Positions 48,859 to 59,135 of a stretch of DNA of 64,000 nt are shown one piece after another. A program made the translations under genes and the position numbers. Under the pieces are notes generated by a model. It saw only the letters and a program-made list of their open reading frames with translations, was not told the DNA's origin and ran no database searches. The stretch is from an uncultured Chloroflexia bacterium. GTDB lineage: Bacteria; Chloroflexota; Limnocylindria; Limnocylindrales; CSP1-4. Location of the stretch: the NCBI GenBank assembly GCA_963813535.1, contig CAWEZH010000003.1:640001-704000 (forward strand), written 5' to 3'. The first letter of the stretch is position 1. Every line of letters starts with the position of its first letter.

Positions 48859-49827
48859 ATGCTGCTCAGCCAGATCGAAGGCTTCCTCGAGACCGCTCGC
48901 CACCGCAACCTGAGCCGGGCCGCCGAGGCGCTGCACGTCACGCAGCCCGCCCTGACGGCCAGGATCCAGACGCTCGAAACCGAGCTTGGGACGCCACTCT
49001 TCGTGCGTGGCAGGCACGGGATGGATCTCACCGACGCCGGCCGGGCATTCATGCCGTACGCCGAACGCGCGATCGGCGCGCTCGACGCGGGAGCCAGCCT
49101 CCTGATCGAGCTGCGTCGGGGCGGCACCGGCGAGCTCGTGCTCGGGGCGGCGCCCGCCGTCAGCACGTACGTCCTGCCGGCACTCCTCGTCCGCTACGCA
49201 CGCCGATACCCGAACGTTCGCCTCGTCGTCCGCACCGGGCACTCGGAGGAGATCCTCGACCTGACCGTGCGCCGCGAGATCGACCTCGGGCTGGTACGCG
49301 AACTGCGACACCCGGACATCGAATCCGTGCCGCTCTACGAGGACGAGCTCGTGCTCGTCGCGGCGGGCACGCACCGCTTCGGCGATCGGACGACCGTCGG
49401 GATCCACGAGCTCGAGGGTGCCCGATTGATCCTGTTCGACCGGACATCGAGCTACTACGAGTTGACGAACGCGTTCTTTCGTGAGGCCGGTGTCGCCCCG
49501 GGCGGGATCATGGAGCTCGACAACATCGACGCGGCCAAGCAGATGGTCGGACAGGGGCTGGGCATCGCTCTCTTGCCCCACACGTCGGTGGCCTCGGAGC
49601 TGGCCGACGGCCGGCTGCGCGCGATCGACATCGAGGGCTCGGCACCGATCCGTCGCCGGATGGTGGCGATCCGTCGGCGGGACATCGGTCCGCCGTCAGG
49701 GCCGGTCGCGGGCTTCCTCGACGTCCTGGGATCCGTGGAGGATGTCCTCCCGGCCAGGCCGGCTCCGGCCGCGGGAACGCCGGGCGATCGACGACGTCGA
49801 CCACCCGGCGACGAGGGACGCGACTAG
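48859..49827 (+). CDS. LysR-family regulator
   Basis: SRAAEALHVTQPALTARIQTLETELGTPLF, LTDAG. Confidence 0.95.
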   Translation: MLLSQIEGFLETARHRNLSRAAEALHVTQPALTARIQTLETELGTPLFVRGRHGMDLTDAGRAFMPYAERAIGALDAGASLLIELRRGGTGELVLGAAPAVSTYVLPALLVRYARRYPNVRLVVRTGHSEEILDLTVRREIDLGLVRELRHPDIESVPLYEDELVLVAAGTHRFGDRTTVGIHELEGARLILFDRTSSYYELTNAFFREAGVAPGGIMELDNIDAAKQMVGQGLGIALLPHTSVASELADGRLRAIDIEGSAPIRRRMVAIRRRDIGPPSGPVAGFLDVLGSVEDVLPARPAPAAGTPGDRRRRPPGDEGRD

Positions 49828-49916
49828 GTCGCCGGTGTCGGCGAGCTCGGCGACGGGTCGGCCGACTGGCCATCCGAAGCTGATGGTGGGGCATGGAGAA
49901 GACCGGGCGTGAGGGA

Positions 49917-50624
49917 TCAGCCCTCCTCGGAGGAACCCCCCTCGGACGACTCGCCACCCGAGGCCTCGCCTTCGGCAGCACCCTCGCCAGCGGCAGCGGC
50001 CTCGCCCTCCTCGCCTTCGAGCTCCTCGCCCTCGGCGACGACCGGCTCCTCCTCGACCTCGATCCGCGGCTGCTGGACCTTGGCGATGATCTCGTCGGGA
50101 TCGTTGAGCAGCGTCACGTCCGACGGGATCGTCAGGTCGCTCACGTGGAGTGCCACGTCGAAGTCCACCAGCGATTCGACCGAATACTCGATCGACTGTG
50201 GCAGGTGGTCGGGCAGCGCCCGGATCCGGACCGACTCGGTCGGATGGAGCAGGGTCCCGCCGAGCTGGATGACGGCAGGCGAATCGCCGACGGCCACGAG
50301 CGGCACGTCGACCGTCAGCTCCTCGGTCATGCGGACGAGGAACAGGTCCGCGTGCAGCGGACGGCGGTTGACCGGGTGGATCTGGACGCCCTGGATGAGG
50401 ACGGGGTCGGCCTTCTTGCCGTCGACCGAGAGGTCGATCAGGGCGTTCGGCCCGACGTGTTTGCGCAGCAGGTCGAATGCGTGGGCGTCAACCGTCAGAT
50501 TGGCCGAATCCACGCCATGGCCATACACGACGGCCGGTAGGAGGCCGGCCTTGCGGAGCCGGTTGACGGCCTTGCCGGTCACCTCGCGGTGCTCTGCTGC
50601 CAGCGTCGGGCGGGCGGTTGCCAT
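49917..50624 (-). CDS. rplY: 50S ribosomal protein L25 / Ctc
   Basis: RLRKAGLLPAVVYG, QIHPV, HADL, acidic tail. Confidence 0.95.
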   Translation of the reverse strand: MATARPTLAAEHREVTGKAVNRLRKAGLLPAVVYGHGVDSANLTVDAHAFDLLRKHVGPNALIDLSVDGKKADPVLIQGVQIHPVNRRPLHADLFLVRMTEELTVDVPLVAVGDSPAVIQLGGTLLHPTESVRIRALPDHLPQSIEYSVESLVDFDVALHVSDLTIPSDVTLLNDPDEIIAKVQQPRIEVEEEPVVAEGEELEGEEGEAAAAGEGAAEGEASGGESSEGGSSEEG

Positions 50625-50790
50625 GGAGTCGGACCTCGAGTTCATTGATCTGGTGATGCGGGCTGCGGCTCGCCGGCGGGCCGGTTGTGGCGAGGCGCCC
50701 GGAGCGGTGCGCAGGATACCACGGAGCGGCGTCGGCGCCGACGCTGCGCATCGGCGCCCAAGATCCTCGGCTCGGAGTAGCATCCCCCGC

Positions 50791-51489
50791 GTGAGTGCGA
50801 CCATCTTGATCGTCGAGGACGAGTACGCGGTCGCGCGAGGGATCCAGTACGCGCTCCAGCAGGAGGGGTACGACGTCGGCGTCGCCCGGTCCGGCGAGGA
50901 GGGGCTTGAGATCGCCACGCGTGAGGCACCGGACCTCGTGGTGCTCGACGTCCGCCTGCCCGGCATCGACGGCTTCGAGGTGCTTCGTCGCATCCGTGCA
51001 GCGAGCGGCAAGATGCCGATCCTCGTCCTGACCGCCCGCGACGACGAGGTCGACAAGGTCATCGGCCTCGAGCTGGGTGCGGACGACTACCTGACCAAGC
51101 CCTACAGCCTGCGCGAGCTGCTGAGCCGCATCAAGGCGCTGCTCCGGCGGTCGTACGGCGACCTGGCCGATGCGGCGGGCGGCCGGGTGCTCCGCCATCG
51201 CGATCTCATCATCGATCTCGAGCGGCGTCGCGTGCAGCGCGGTGACCGGCGGATCAGTCTCACCCCGACCGAGTTCGAGATCCTCCGCCACTTGGCCTCA
51301 CGACCCGGACGCGTGTACACGCGCTCCGAGCTGCTCGAGCTCCTGCGCGACTACGAGGCGCTCGACCAGGACGAGAAGACGATCAACGTCCACGTCAGCC
51401 ACCTCCGCGAGAAGATCGAGGACGATCCGGCGACACCGGCGTTCGTCCTGACCGTGCGGGGCGTCGGGTACGCCTTCGCAGAACGCTGA
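50791..51489 (+). CDS. OmpR-family response regulator
   Basis: ILIVEDE, VLDVRLP, GADDYLTKPY, LTPTEFEIL, TVRGVGY. Confidence 0.95.
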   Translation: MSATILIVEDEYAVARGIQYALQQEGYDVGVARSGEEGLEIATREAPDLVVLDVRLPGIDGFEVLRRIRAASGKMPILVLTARDDEVDKVIGLELGADDYLTKPYSLRELLSRIKALLRRSYGDLADAAGGRVLRHRDLIIDLERRRVQRGDRRISLTPTEFEILRHLASRPGRVYTRSELLELLRDYEALDQDEKTINVHVSHLREKIEDDPATPAFVLTVRGVGYAFAER

Positions 51490-51496
51490 CCGGCCG

Positions 51497-53203
51497 GTGA
51501 TCCGGCGGATCCCCTGGCTGCGCCGCATCCGGCGGCTGATGCCGCGCACGTTCCAGGCGCGGCTGAGCGTGGCCTTCGTCATGGTCATCGCGCTCACCCT
51601 CGGGTTGGTCTCCGTGGTCGTCATCAACCGGCTCGACGACTACTTCACGAGGCAGCAGCGGACCGACCTCGAGGAGCGCCATGCCACCGTCAGGGCCTTC
51701 GTCGAATCGATCGCCGACACGTACTCGGGCGGCCGGCCGGTCGTGAACGTCGATGGGGTGGTCAGCCCGCGCGTCCTGAACGCGCTCGAGACCGACCTCG
51801 TGCGGAACGTCATCGCCGACCAGATCGCCCAGGCCGACGTCATCGTTCGCTTCGGCGTGACGACCACGGGATCGGGCGATCCGCAGTTCGTGCCCGCCTC
51901 GAACGGCACCGTGGTCATGACGCGTCAGGCGCCACCCGCCCCGGGACAGGCCCGCGAACGGACGTCGGTGACCGGCTGGGGGGCGGGTGGCGATGCGGGC
52001 CGCCAGTACACGATGGAGATCACCCTCGCCGACCCATACACGTATCGGGCAACGGCGATCAACAACGTCACCAGCCTGCTGCTCGCCATCGCTCTGCTCG
52101 CCCTCGGGCTTGCCGTCGTGGTCTCGGCGGCGCTCGCCCGGCGCTTCACGACGCCCATCCGCCAGCTCACCGACGCCTCCCGCGGGCTCGCGGAAGGTGA
52201 TCTGACACGTCGCGTGCCGGCGGCGCAGCTCCGTGAAGGGTCCTCGGAGCTCGGCGAACTGGCGGTCCAGTTCAACACCATGGCCGACCGGCTGGCCGAG
52301 AGCGTCGAGCTGATCCGGCGGGACCGCGACCGGAGCCGTGACTTCCTGGCGGACGTGTCGCACGAGCTCAGGACCCCGCTCGCAGCGCTGCGGACCTTCA
52401 ATCAGCTGCTGATGGAACAGGCGGGGAACGATCCCGAAGCGCGCGCCGAGTTCCTCGAATCGAGCCAGGGCCAGATCGAGCGCCTGGACTGGCTTGCGCA
52501 GAACCTGCTCGAGCTGTCCAAGCTCGATTCCGGGCTGGTGCTCCTCGACCTTCGACCCGATGACCTGCGGGCCGCCGTCGAATCGGCGACCCACCAGCAC
52601 GACGCGCTCGCGCAGCGACGTGGCGTGACCGTCGAGCTGGACCTGCCGAGCCGGCCGGTCCGGATCCGGCACGACCCGCCACGCATCGGCCAGGTGGTCG
52701 CGAACCTCGTAGGCAACGCGGTCAAGTTCACGCCACGCGGCGGCGCCGTGCGGGTGTCCGTCGAGCCGACCCCAGATGGGGCTCGGGTCGACGTCGTCGA
52801 CACCGGCGTCGGCATCGACCCCAACGAGCTGCCCCACATCTTCGAGCGGTTCTACCGCGGCTCGCGCGCCAACGAGGCGCGCGGTTCGGGCAGCGGGCTC
52901 GGCCTCGCGATCGTTCGCTCGATCGTCGACATCCACGGCGGGACGGTGACCGTGGAGAGCGGGCCGGGCAGCGGGAGCCGGTTCACCGTCCGGCTGCCGC
53001 AGGATCCGAGGAACGTCGCCGGTACCCCCGCAGCGGAACAGGCCGCCGTCGCGTCCGCCGCGGAAGGCACGCGCCGGATCGCCGCGGCCGGTGCGGCGGA
53101 GGATCAGGATGGGCCCTCAGACGCGTCTCACGAAGACGAGCGCATCGTGACGGAAACTTCACCGTCCGATGCGCCCCATGTGAATCCCGCTTCGGCACCG
53201 TAA
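51497..53203 (+). CDS. HAMP sensor histidine kinase
   Basis: Two TMs, HAMP, SHELRTPL, NLVGNAVKF, DTGVGI, GSGLGL. Confidence 0.95.
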   Translation: MIRRIPWLRRIRRLMPRTFQARLSVAFVMVIALTLGLVSVVVINRLDDYFTRQQRTDLEERHATVRAFVESIADTYSGGRPVVNVDGVVSPRVLNALETDLVRNVIADQIAQADVIVRFGVTTTGSGDPQFVPASNGTVVMTRQAPPAPGQARERTSVTGWGAGGDAGRQYTMEITLADPYTYRATAINNVTSLLLAIALLALGLAVVVSAALARRFTTPIRQLTDASRGLAEGDLTRRVPAAQLREGSSELGELAVQFNTMADRLAESVELIRRDRDRSRDFLADVSHELRTPLAALRTFNQLLMEQAGNDPEARAEFLESSQGQIERLDWLAQNLLELSKLDSGLVLLDLRPDDLRAAVESATHQHDALAQRRGVTVELDLPSRPVRIRHDPPRIGQVVANLVGNAVKFTPRGGAVRVSVEPTPDGARVDVVDTGVGIDPNELPHIFERFYRGSRANEARGSGSGLGLAIVRSIVDIHGGTVTVESGPGSGSRFTVRLPQDPRNVAGTPAAEQAAVASAAEGTRRIAAAGAAEDQDGPSDASHEDERIVTETSPSDAPHVNPASAP

Positions 53204-53274
53204 GAGGCGACGGCGTTCCCCGACTGGCCGCTCACCGACCGGGGGGACGCCGGACCTGAGGAATACGACGACCC

Positions 53275-54657
53275 ATGAGTGACTCCCGATCCGACGATCC
53301 CGATATGACCACGCGCCACCAGGCTCCGACCGAGCCCCTGCGAGAACCGGTGATCCGCACCTCCGGCGAAGGCGAGCGCTACACGCCGCCGGCGGAACCA
53401 CGTCCCGACTGGACGCGCCAGGACGCCGCACCCGTCGCGGCGCCCACCCCGGAGCGCTGGTATGAGCCGGCCCCGACCGTCCCGGCCGCACCCGTGACCG
53501 AGAGCGCCGTTCGCGGCGCCCGAAGCGGTCGCGGCACCATGGGCACGGTCCTTGGCGCGGCGCTGCTCTCCGCCGTGCTCGCATCGGGCGGCACGGTGGT
53601 GGCGCTCAACGCATCCGGCGCGCTGGATCGACCGGCGACGACCTCGACCGCGCCGACCGGGACCACCGTCGGTGCCAACAACCAGCCGGTGAACATCGAC
53701 GAGTCCTCTGCGACCATCCAGGTGGCCGCCAAGGCCAGCCCCGCCGTCGTTCGGATCACGGTCAACGGCAGCGTCGACACGTCGCAGGGGATCATCCCGG
53801 AGACCGGTGTGGGCTCAGGCGTGATCTACGACTCCGGCGGCTGGATCCTGACCAACCGCCACGTCGTGGACGGCAGCGACCAGCTCTCGGTCGAGCTCAA
53901 CGACGGCCGCGTGTTCGAGGGTCGCGTGTACGGCATCGACACCCTGACAGACCTGGCGATCGTCAAGATCGAGGGCACCGACCTGCCGGTCGCCCAACTG
54001 GGGCGCTCGAGCGAGCTCAAGGTGGGGCAGCTGGTCGTGGCGATCGGCAGTCCGCTGGGCACGTACTCGAACTCCGTCACCAGTGGCATCGTGTCGGCCA
54101 AGGGCCGGACGATCACGACCGATGGCAACCAGAACCTCAACAACCTGATCCAGACCGATGCGGCGATCAACCCGGGCAACTCGGGCGGTCCGCTGCTCGA
54201 CGCCGGCGCCAACGTGGTCGGCATCAACACCGCCATCGCCGCCGACTCGAACGGCATCGGCTTCGCCATCCCGATCGATATCGCCCGGCCGATCATGGAG
54301 CAGGCCGTGGCCGGCAAGGACCTCGCCCGACCGTACATGGGCGTCGTCTACCGGCCGATCGACCGCCAGTTCGCGGACGCCAACAACCTTCCCGTGAACG
54401 AGGGTGCGCTCATCCAGCGTGGCGCCGGCGGCAGCGCGACCAGCCCCGCCGTCGTGTCCGACAGTCCGGCCGACCAGGCCGGCCTGCGAGAGGGCGACAT
54501 CATCGTGAAGGTCAACGACCAGTCGATCGATGGCGACCATCCGCTCGATGCGACGCTCAGCGAGTACGCACCCGGCGACAACGTGACGATCGAACTGCTC
54601 CGGGATGGCCAGTCGTCGACGGTCCAGTTGCAGCTGGGAACCCGCCCGGCCAACTGA
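53275..54657 (+). CDS. HtrA/DegP-family serine protease with PDZ
   Basis: LTNRHVV, DLAIVK, QTDAAINPGNSGGPL, C-terminal PDZ. Confidence 0.95.
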   Translation: MSDSRSDDPDMTTRHQAPTEPLREPVIRTSGEGERYTPPAEPRPDWTRQDAAPVAAPTPERWYEPAPTVPAAPVTESAVRGARSGRGTMGTVLGAALLSAVLASGGTVVALNASGALDRPATTSTAPTGTTVGANNQPVNIDESSATIQVAAKASPAVVRITVNGSVDTSQGIIPETGVGSGVIYDSGGWILTNRHVVDGSDQLSVELNDGRVFEGRVYGIDTLTDLAIVKIEGTDLPVAQLGRSSELKVGQLVVAIGSPLGTYSNSVTSGIVSAKGRTITTDGNQNLNNLIQTDAAINPGNSGGPLLDAGANVVGINTAIAADSNGIGFAIPIDIARPIMEQAVAGKDLARPYMGVVYRPIDRQFADANNLPVNEGALIQRGAGGSATSPAVVSDSPADQAGLREGDIIVKVNDQSIDGDHPLDATLSEYAPGDNVTIELLRDGQSSTVQLQLGTRPAN

Positions 54658-54684
54658 TCCGGGTCAGGCAGCCGGTCCTTGGGC

Positions 54685-55053
54685 CTAGCCCGAGGATCGG
54701 CGCCGCCAGATCTCGACCGATGCGTGGTCGAGCGGCCCACCCAGCTTGACGGCCGGTTTGCGCACGCGGACACCGACCTCCTGGATATCGAACGCCACGA
54801 GCACCTCGTGGCTGATCGCCTCGGCGATCGTCTCGAGCAACCGGAAAGAAGTCGATTCGACGACCTGCCGGGCGATCTCGTACACCCGGCCGTAGTCGAC
54901 CGTCTTGGTGAGGTCGTCGTCGACACCGGCGGGCTGCAGGTTCAGCACGAGGATCACGTCGACCTCGAACGGCTGGGCGGTCTTCAGCTCCCAGTCGTGA
55001 TAGCCGTGCTTCCCCTCGAAGCGCATGTTGGTGAGCACGATCCGATCGCTCAG
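54685..55053 (-). CDS. folB: Dihydroneopterin aldolase
   Basis: FEGKHG, QPFEVD, DDLTKTVDY, LLETIAE, VRKP; probable CTG start. Confidence 0.93.
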   Translation of the reverse strand: MSDRIVLTNMRFEGKHGYHDWELKTAQPFEVDVILVLNLQPAGVDDDLTKTVDYGRVYEIARQVVESTSFRLLETIAEAISHEVLVAFDIQEVGVRVRKPAVKLGGPLDHASVEIWRRRSSG

Positions 55054-55919
55054 GCGGGGCCTCCCTCTGGTTCGCTCCTCCAGCGACCGCGGACGATCGC
55101 GTCGCTGACGCGCGCGACGCGGACGTTGGCCTCGACATCATGGACCCGGACGATATCGACACCGGCGGCCACGCCGAGCGCCGTGGTCGCAAGCGTGCCC
55201 TCGAGCCGCTCCTCGGCCGGGAGGTCGAGGATCTTCCCGATCGTCGACTTGCGCGAGGTGCCGAGCAGGATCGGCCGACCTAGCGTCGTGAGTTCGGCGA
55301 GGTGACGCAGCACGATCAGGTTGTGATCGGCGGTCTTGCCGAAGCCGATGCCCGGATCGACGAGGAGATCCGTCGGCGGAACACCGGCGCGCTCGGCCCG
55401 TTCCAGCGCCGCACGGAGATCGTCGATCACCTCACGCACCACGTCCCGGTAGTGGGCCTCCGGCCTGTTGTGCATGACCAGCAGGGGGACGTGCGCGCTA
55501 GCGGCGAGCTCAGCGATCGCCGGATCGGGGCCGGTGGCCCACACGTCGTTGAGGAGGTCCGCGCCGGCCGCGACGGCCGCTTCGGCGACCACCACCTTGG
55601 TCGTATCGATGCTGAGCGGCACGCCCGGCAGCGCCGCGCGGATGGCGGCGATGATCGGGATCACGCGGCCGATCTCCTCCGCGGCATCGATCGGGGCATG
55701 CCCCGGCCGCGTCGATTCGCCTCCGACGTCGAGCAGGTCCGCGCCCTCGTCCACCATGCGGCGTGCCTGGCCGACGGCCGCCGTGACCGGATCGCCCCGT
55801 CCGATGAGACCGTCGCCCGAGAACGAATTGGGCGTGATGTTCAGGATGCCCATCACGAACGTCCGTTCGCCCCAGGCGAAGGTCGTCTGTCGGATCCGGG
55901 TCGGTGCCGGGTGGCTCAC
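55050..55919 (-). CDS. folP: Dihydropteroate synthase
   Basis: MGILNITPNSFSGDG, DVGGESTRPG, SIDT, DPGIGFGK, SRK, RVHDV. Confidence 0.95.
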   Translation of the reverse strand: MSHPAPTRIRQTTFAWGERTFVMGILNITPNSFSGDGLIGRGDPVTAAVGQARRMVDEGADLLDVGGESTRPGHAPIDAAEEIGRVIPIIAAIRAALPGVPLSIDTTKVVVAEAAVAAGADLLNDVWATGPDPAIAELAASAHVPLLVMHNRPEAHYRDVVREVIDDLRAALERAERAGVPPTDLLVDPGIGFGKTADHNLIVLRHLAELTTLGRPILLGTSRKSTIGKILDLPAEERLEGTLATTALGVAAGVDIVRVHDVEANVRVARVSDAIVRGRWRSEPEGGPA

Positions 55920-57256
55920 GAGACCGGCGGGTCGCGCAGTTCCGGATCGTCGACCAGGTGGCCGCGGATCGCGCCGACCAGGTAGAGCGACCCGGCCACG
56001 ACCGTCGGCCCACCCCCGCGCCGTGCCCGGTCGAGGGCAGCGATCGGGTCGGGTTCGGCGACGACCTCCGCGATCGGTGATGTCGTTCGCCGCCAACGGG
56101 CCGCGAGCTCGTCGGCTGGCATCGCGCGCGCGGCGTCCACGCTCGTCGCGATGACGGTCGCACCCCCGAGTGAGGACGAGGCTGCCAGGGCGGCGATGAT
56201 GCCGTCCACGTCCTTGTCCGCCATGGCGCCGACCACGAGCGTTAGCGGTCCCGGCGCCAGGTGCGGGCGCAGATCATCGAGTGCTTCGGCGAGCGCGGCC
56301 GCGCCGGCCGGGTTGTGGGCGCCGTCGAGCAGGATCTCAGCGCCGTCGACCGTCAACAGCTCGAGCCGACCCGGCCAGACCGCCGTCTCATAGCCGCGGC
56401 GCCGGGCGTCTTCGTCAGCCGTCGCGATACCCGCCGCGTCGAGGGCATCGAGGACCGCGTCGGCGACCGCGACGTTGGCGGCCTGGTGACGACCCCGGAG
56501 TCCGACGCGGGTCGGCCCCAGGCGGGGCAACTCGACGGTCAAGCCATCGCGGTCCCAGCCCAGGAGCGGCGCGGTCCCCACCTCCGCAAGCGGCGCCCCC
56601 ACTCGTCTCGCTCGGCGGCGGATGATCGCCAGCGCCTCGCCGTCCGCGCCGGTCACCGCGATGTCCCCACGCTCGATGATGGCGGCCTTCTCCCGGGCGA
56701 TCGCTGCGATCGTCGACCCCAACCGGTCGGTGTGATCCAGGGCCACGTTGGTCACCGCGGCGACGCCGCCATCCCAGGCGTGTGTCGCGTCGAGCCTGCC
56801 ACCCAGCCCGACCTCGACGAGGGCGACGTCGATCCCGGATTCGGCGAAGTGGCGGAACACCAACGCCGTGAGGAGCTCGAACTCCGTTGGTTCATCGTGG
56901 CGACGTGCGACCCGGTCTGCGACAGCGAGGACGGCTTCGACGTGCCGTGTGAAGTCGTCGATGCCGATCGGGTGGCCGTCGATGACGACCCGCTCGCGAT
57001 ACGACACGAGGTGCGGCTTCGGCGTCTCGCCGACGCGGAGACCCGCGGCCCGCAAGACGCTGCCGGCCAGGGCCAGGACGCTGCCCTTGCCGTTCGTCCC
57101 GGCCACGAGCGCACCGCGAACGGCCAGTTGCGGGTCGCCGAGCGCCGCCAGCAGCGCACGTGTCCGCCCGAGCCCGAGCCGGATCCCGAACCGACCGCGC
57201 GCAGCGAGCGCGGCGAGAGCTTCGTGATAGTCGGTCGACGGCGCCGAGGCGGTCAC
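55916..57256 (-). CDS. folC: Folylpolyglutamate/dihydrofolate synthase
   Basis: VAGTNGKGS, PHLVSYRER, EVGLGGRLDAT, WPGRLE, LDGAHN, AGSLYL. Confidence 0.95.
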   Translation of the reverse strand: MTASAPSTDYHEALAALAARGRFGIRLGLGRTRALLAALGDPQLAVRGALVAGTNGKGSVLALAGSVLRAAGLRVGETPKPHLVSYRERVVIDGHPIGIDDFTRHVEAVLAVADRVARRHDEPTEFELLTALVFRHFAESGIDVALVEVGLGGRLDATHAWDGGVAAVTNVALDHTDRLGSTIAAIAREKAAIIERGDIAVTGADGEALAIIRRRARRVGAPLAEVGTAPLLGWDRDGLTVELPRLGPTRVGLRGRHQAANVAVADAVLDALDAAGIATADEDARRRGYETAVWPGRLELLTVDGAEILLDGAHNPAGAAALAEALDDLRPHLAPGPLTLVVGAMADKDVDGIIAALAASSSLGGATVIATSVDAARAMPADELAARWRRTTSPIAEVVAEPDPIAALDRARRGGGPTVVAGSLYLVGAIRGHLVDDPELRDPPVS

Positions 57257-57510
57257 TCGCGCGTCAGTTCGTCCTCGTAGAAGACGCACTGGTTGAAGCG
57301 CGGCGTCAGGCACACGTCGTTGACGTACCCCTGATCGAGGTGGACACCGCCGCGGAGCTGGCAACGCGACACGTTCGTGTCCTGCCGGATCAGCGCCTTG
57401 AGCAGATGCGGTGCCTGGATGGGGATCGCGCCGCGCGAACCCGTCATGTAGAAGTGCGGGCACACGTTTCGACGCAGGCTCGGCAGTCCGAACCCGGGAT
57501 GGGCGCCCAT
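57253..57510 (-). CDS. Small four-Cys hypothetical protein coupled to folC
   Basis: VCPHF...RCQL...VCLTPRFNQCVFY; stop overlaps folC GTG; start uncertain. Confidence 0.65.
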   Translation of the reverse strand: MGAHPGFGLPSLRRNVCPHFYMTGSRGAIPIQAPHLLKALIRQDTNVSRCQLRGGVHLDQGYVNDVCLTPRFNQCVFYEDELTRE

Positions 57511-57856
57511 CGGCAGGGTGACGGCGGGAGCCGGTCGTGCAGTGAGGGGCGAGGGCGTGACCCGGGCGATCGGCCCCAGACCGAACGCTGGACGACCGGA
57601 GGCGGCGCCCGACGATCCGGATCGGCCGGCTGGCGCCCCCGGACGACCCGGTCGATCGGGCTGCCCTGGGCGACTGATCGGTCGTCCCGTCCGTGGATCG
57701 CGAGCCTGCACGCAACCTCCATCCTGCGCGCACCGACATCGGACACGCGCGACCGGGCCAGAGTACAACGCACCGCCACGCTCCGACATCGCGTGCGGAA
57801 GTGCCGACGAGGCGTTCCATCGTCCCGATGGCGAGGGCGTGCGACAATCGCCTCCG

Positions 57857-59056
57857 ATGGCGACTCGGCGCGGTTCGCGCCCAAATCATGTCCGACCCCG
57901 CCCCCCGTCCGGTGGGCGTCCCACTCCCGTCAAGGTCAGGCCCCGGGCGCCCGCGCCCGGACGCCTCTCCGTGCACGGTCCGGTCCGACGCAGTCGTGGC
58001 ATCCCGCTCATCGGCCAGATGGCCCTCGGGGCAGGTGTCGTGGTGGTCGCCCTGCTGGTCCTGTACATCGGCGCGGGCGGCATCGGCGCGGTCGCCAATG
58101 CGCTCGGCTCGACAGTCTCGTCCTTCGTCCAGGGTGTCACCGCCACGCCGGTCCCGGTCACCACGCCATCGACCGTCGCCGACGCGCCGTCCATCGAATC
58201 GCCCGGCGAGCCCTACACCAACCAGAACCAGGTCGACCTGACGATCACCGTCCCGTCGCGCCTCGCCGGCGACCCCGACTACCTCGTCCGTGTCTACCTC
58301 GCACTCAAGGACCAGGCGCCGGCACCGATCGACGAGAAGCCCCTCTCGCCGACCCCGCGCATGATCATCCCGGTCACGCTGACCAAGGGGATCAACGATT
58401 TCAGCGTGACCCTCGTCGGGCCGGGCGGCGAGTCCGAGTCGTCACCACTGGTGCGCTATGTGCTCGACATCGACCCGCCCGTGATCAAGCTCAGCTCGCC
58501 CAAGGACGGAGCGATGATCAACCGCAAGGCCGTCTCGCTGCAGGGCCGCACGCAGGGCCGCTCGACGCTCAACGCCCGGAACGGCAAGACCGGCGAATCG
58601 ATCGGTGGCACCGCCGCGTCCGACGGGACGTTCTCGCTGAGCCTGCCGATCGCGTCGGGCTCCAACCCGGTCCGGTTCACCGCCACGGACCCGGCGGGGA
58701 ATACGAACACGATGGAGCTCACCGTCCGGCGAGGGTCCGGGCAGCTCCGCGCGTCGCTGAGCGCGTCCTCCTACTCGATCAGCCAGCGGTCGTTGCCGGC
58801 CGAGATCCGCCTGGTGACCCTGGTGGACGACCCCGACGGCCGGCCGCTCGAGGGTGCGCGGGTGACCTTCACGCTGAGCATCCCGGGGATCAAGACGGTC
58901 ACCGGTGACGCCGTGACCGATGCGTCAGGCCAGGCGTCCTTCACGACCCGCATCCCCAAGGGAGCGGACCGTGGTGGCGGCACGGCTGGTGTGCTCGTCC
59001 GGACGACCGATTTCGGAAAGACCACCGACGAGACGGTCATCACGATCCGGAAGTAG
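57857..59056 (+). CDS. Membrane-anchored Ig-like beta-sandwich protein
   Basis: Basic N-terminus, one TM, LTKGIN, ATDPAGN, TDASGQA Ig-like motifs. Confidence 0.75.
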   Translation: MATRRGSRPNHVRPRPPSGGRPTPVKVRPRAPAPGRLSVHGPVRRSRGIPLIGQMALGAGVVVVALLVLYIGAGGIGAVANALGSTVSSFVQGVTATPVPVTTPSTVADAPSIESPGEPYTNQNQVDLTITVPSRLAGDPDYLVRVYLALKDQAPAPIDEKPLSPTPRMIIPVTLTKGINDFSVTLVGPGGESESSPLVRYVLDIDPPVIKLSSPKDGAMINRKAVSLQGRTQGRSTLNARNGKTGESIGGTAASDGTFSLSLPIASGSNPVRFTATDPAGNTNTMELTVRRGSGQLRASLSASSYSISQRSLPAEIRLVTLVDDPDGRPLEGARVTFTLSIPGIKTVTGDAVTDASGQASFTTRIPKGADRGGGTAGVLVRTTDFGKTTDETVITIRK

Positions 59057-59135
59057 GCCCGAGCGTAGAACCCGAGGCTCGACCAGCCGTCATCCGGCTG
59101 TCGACAGCGGGCGTCGTCGCAGCTACCATCCCGCC

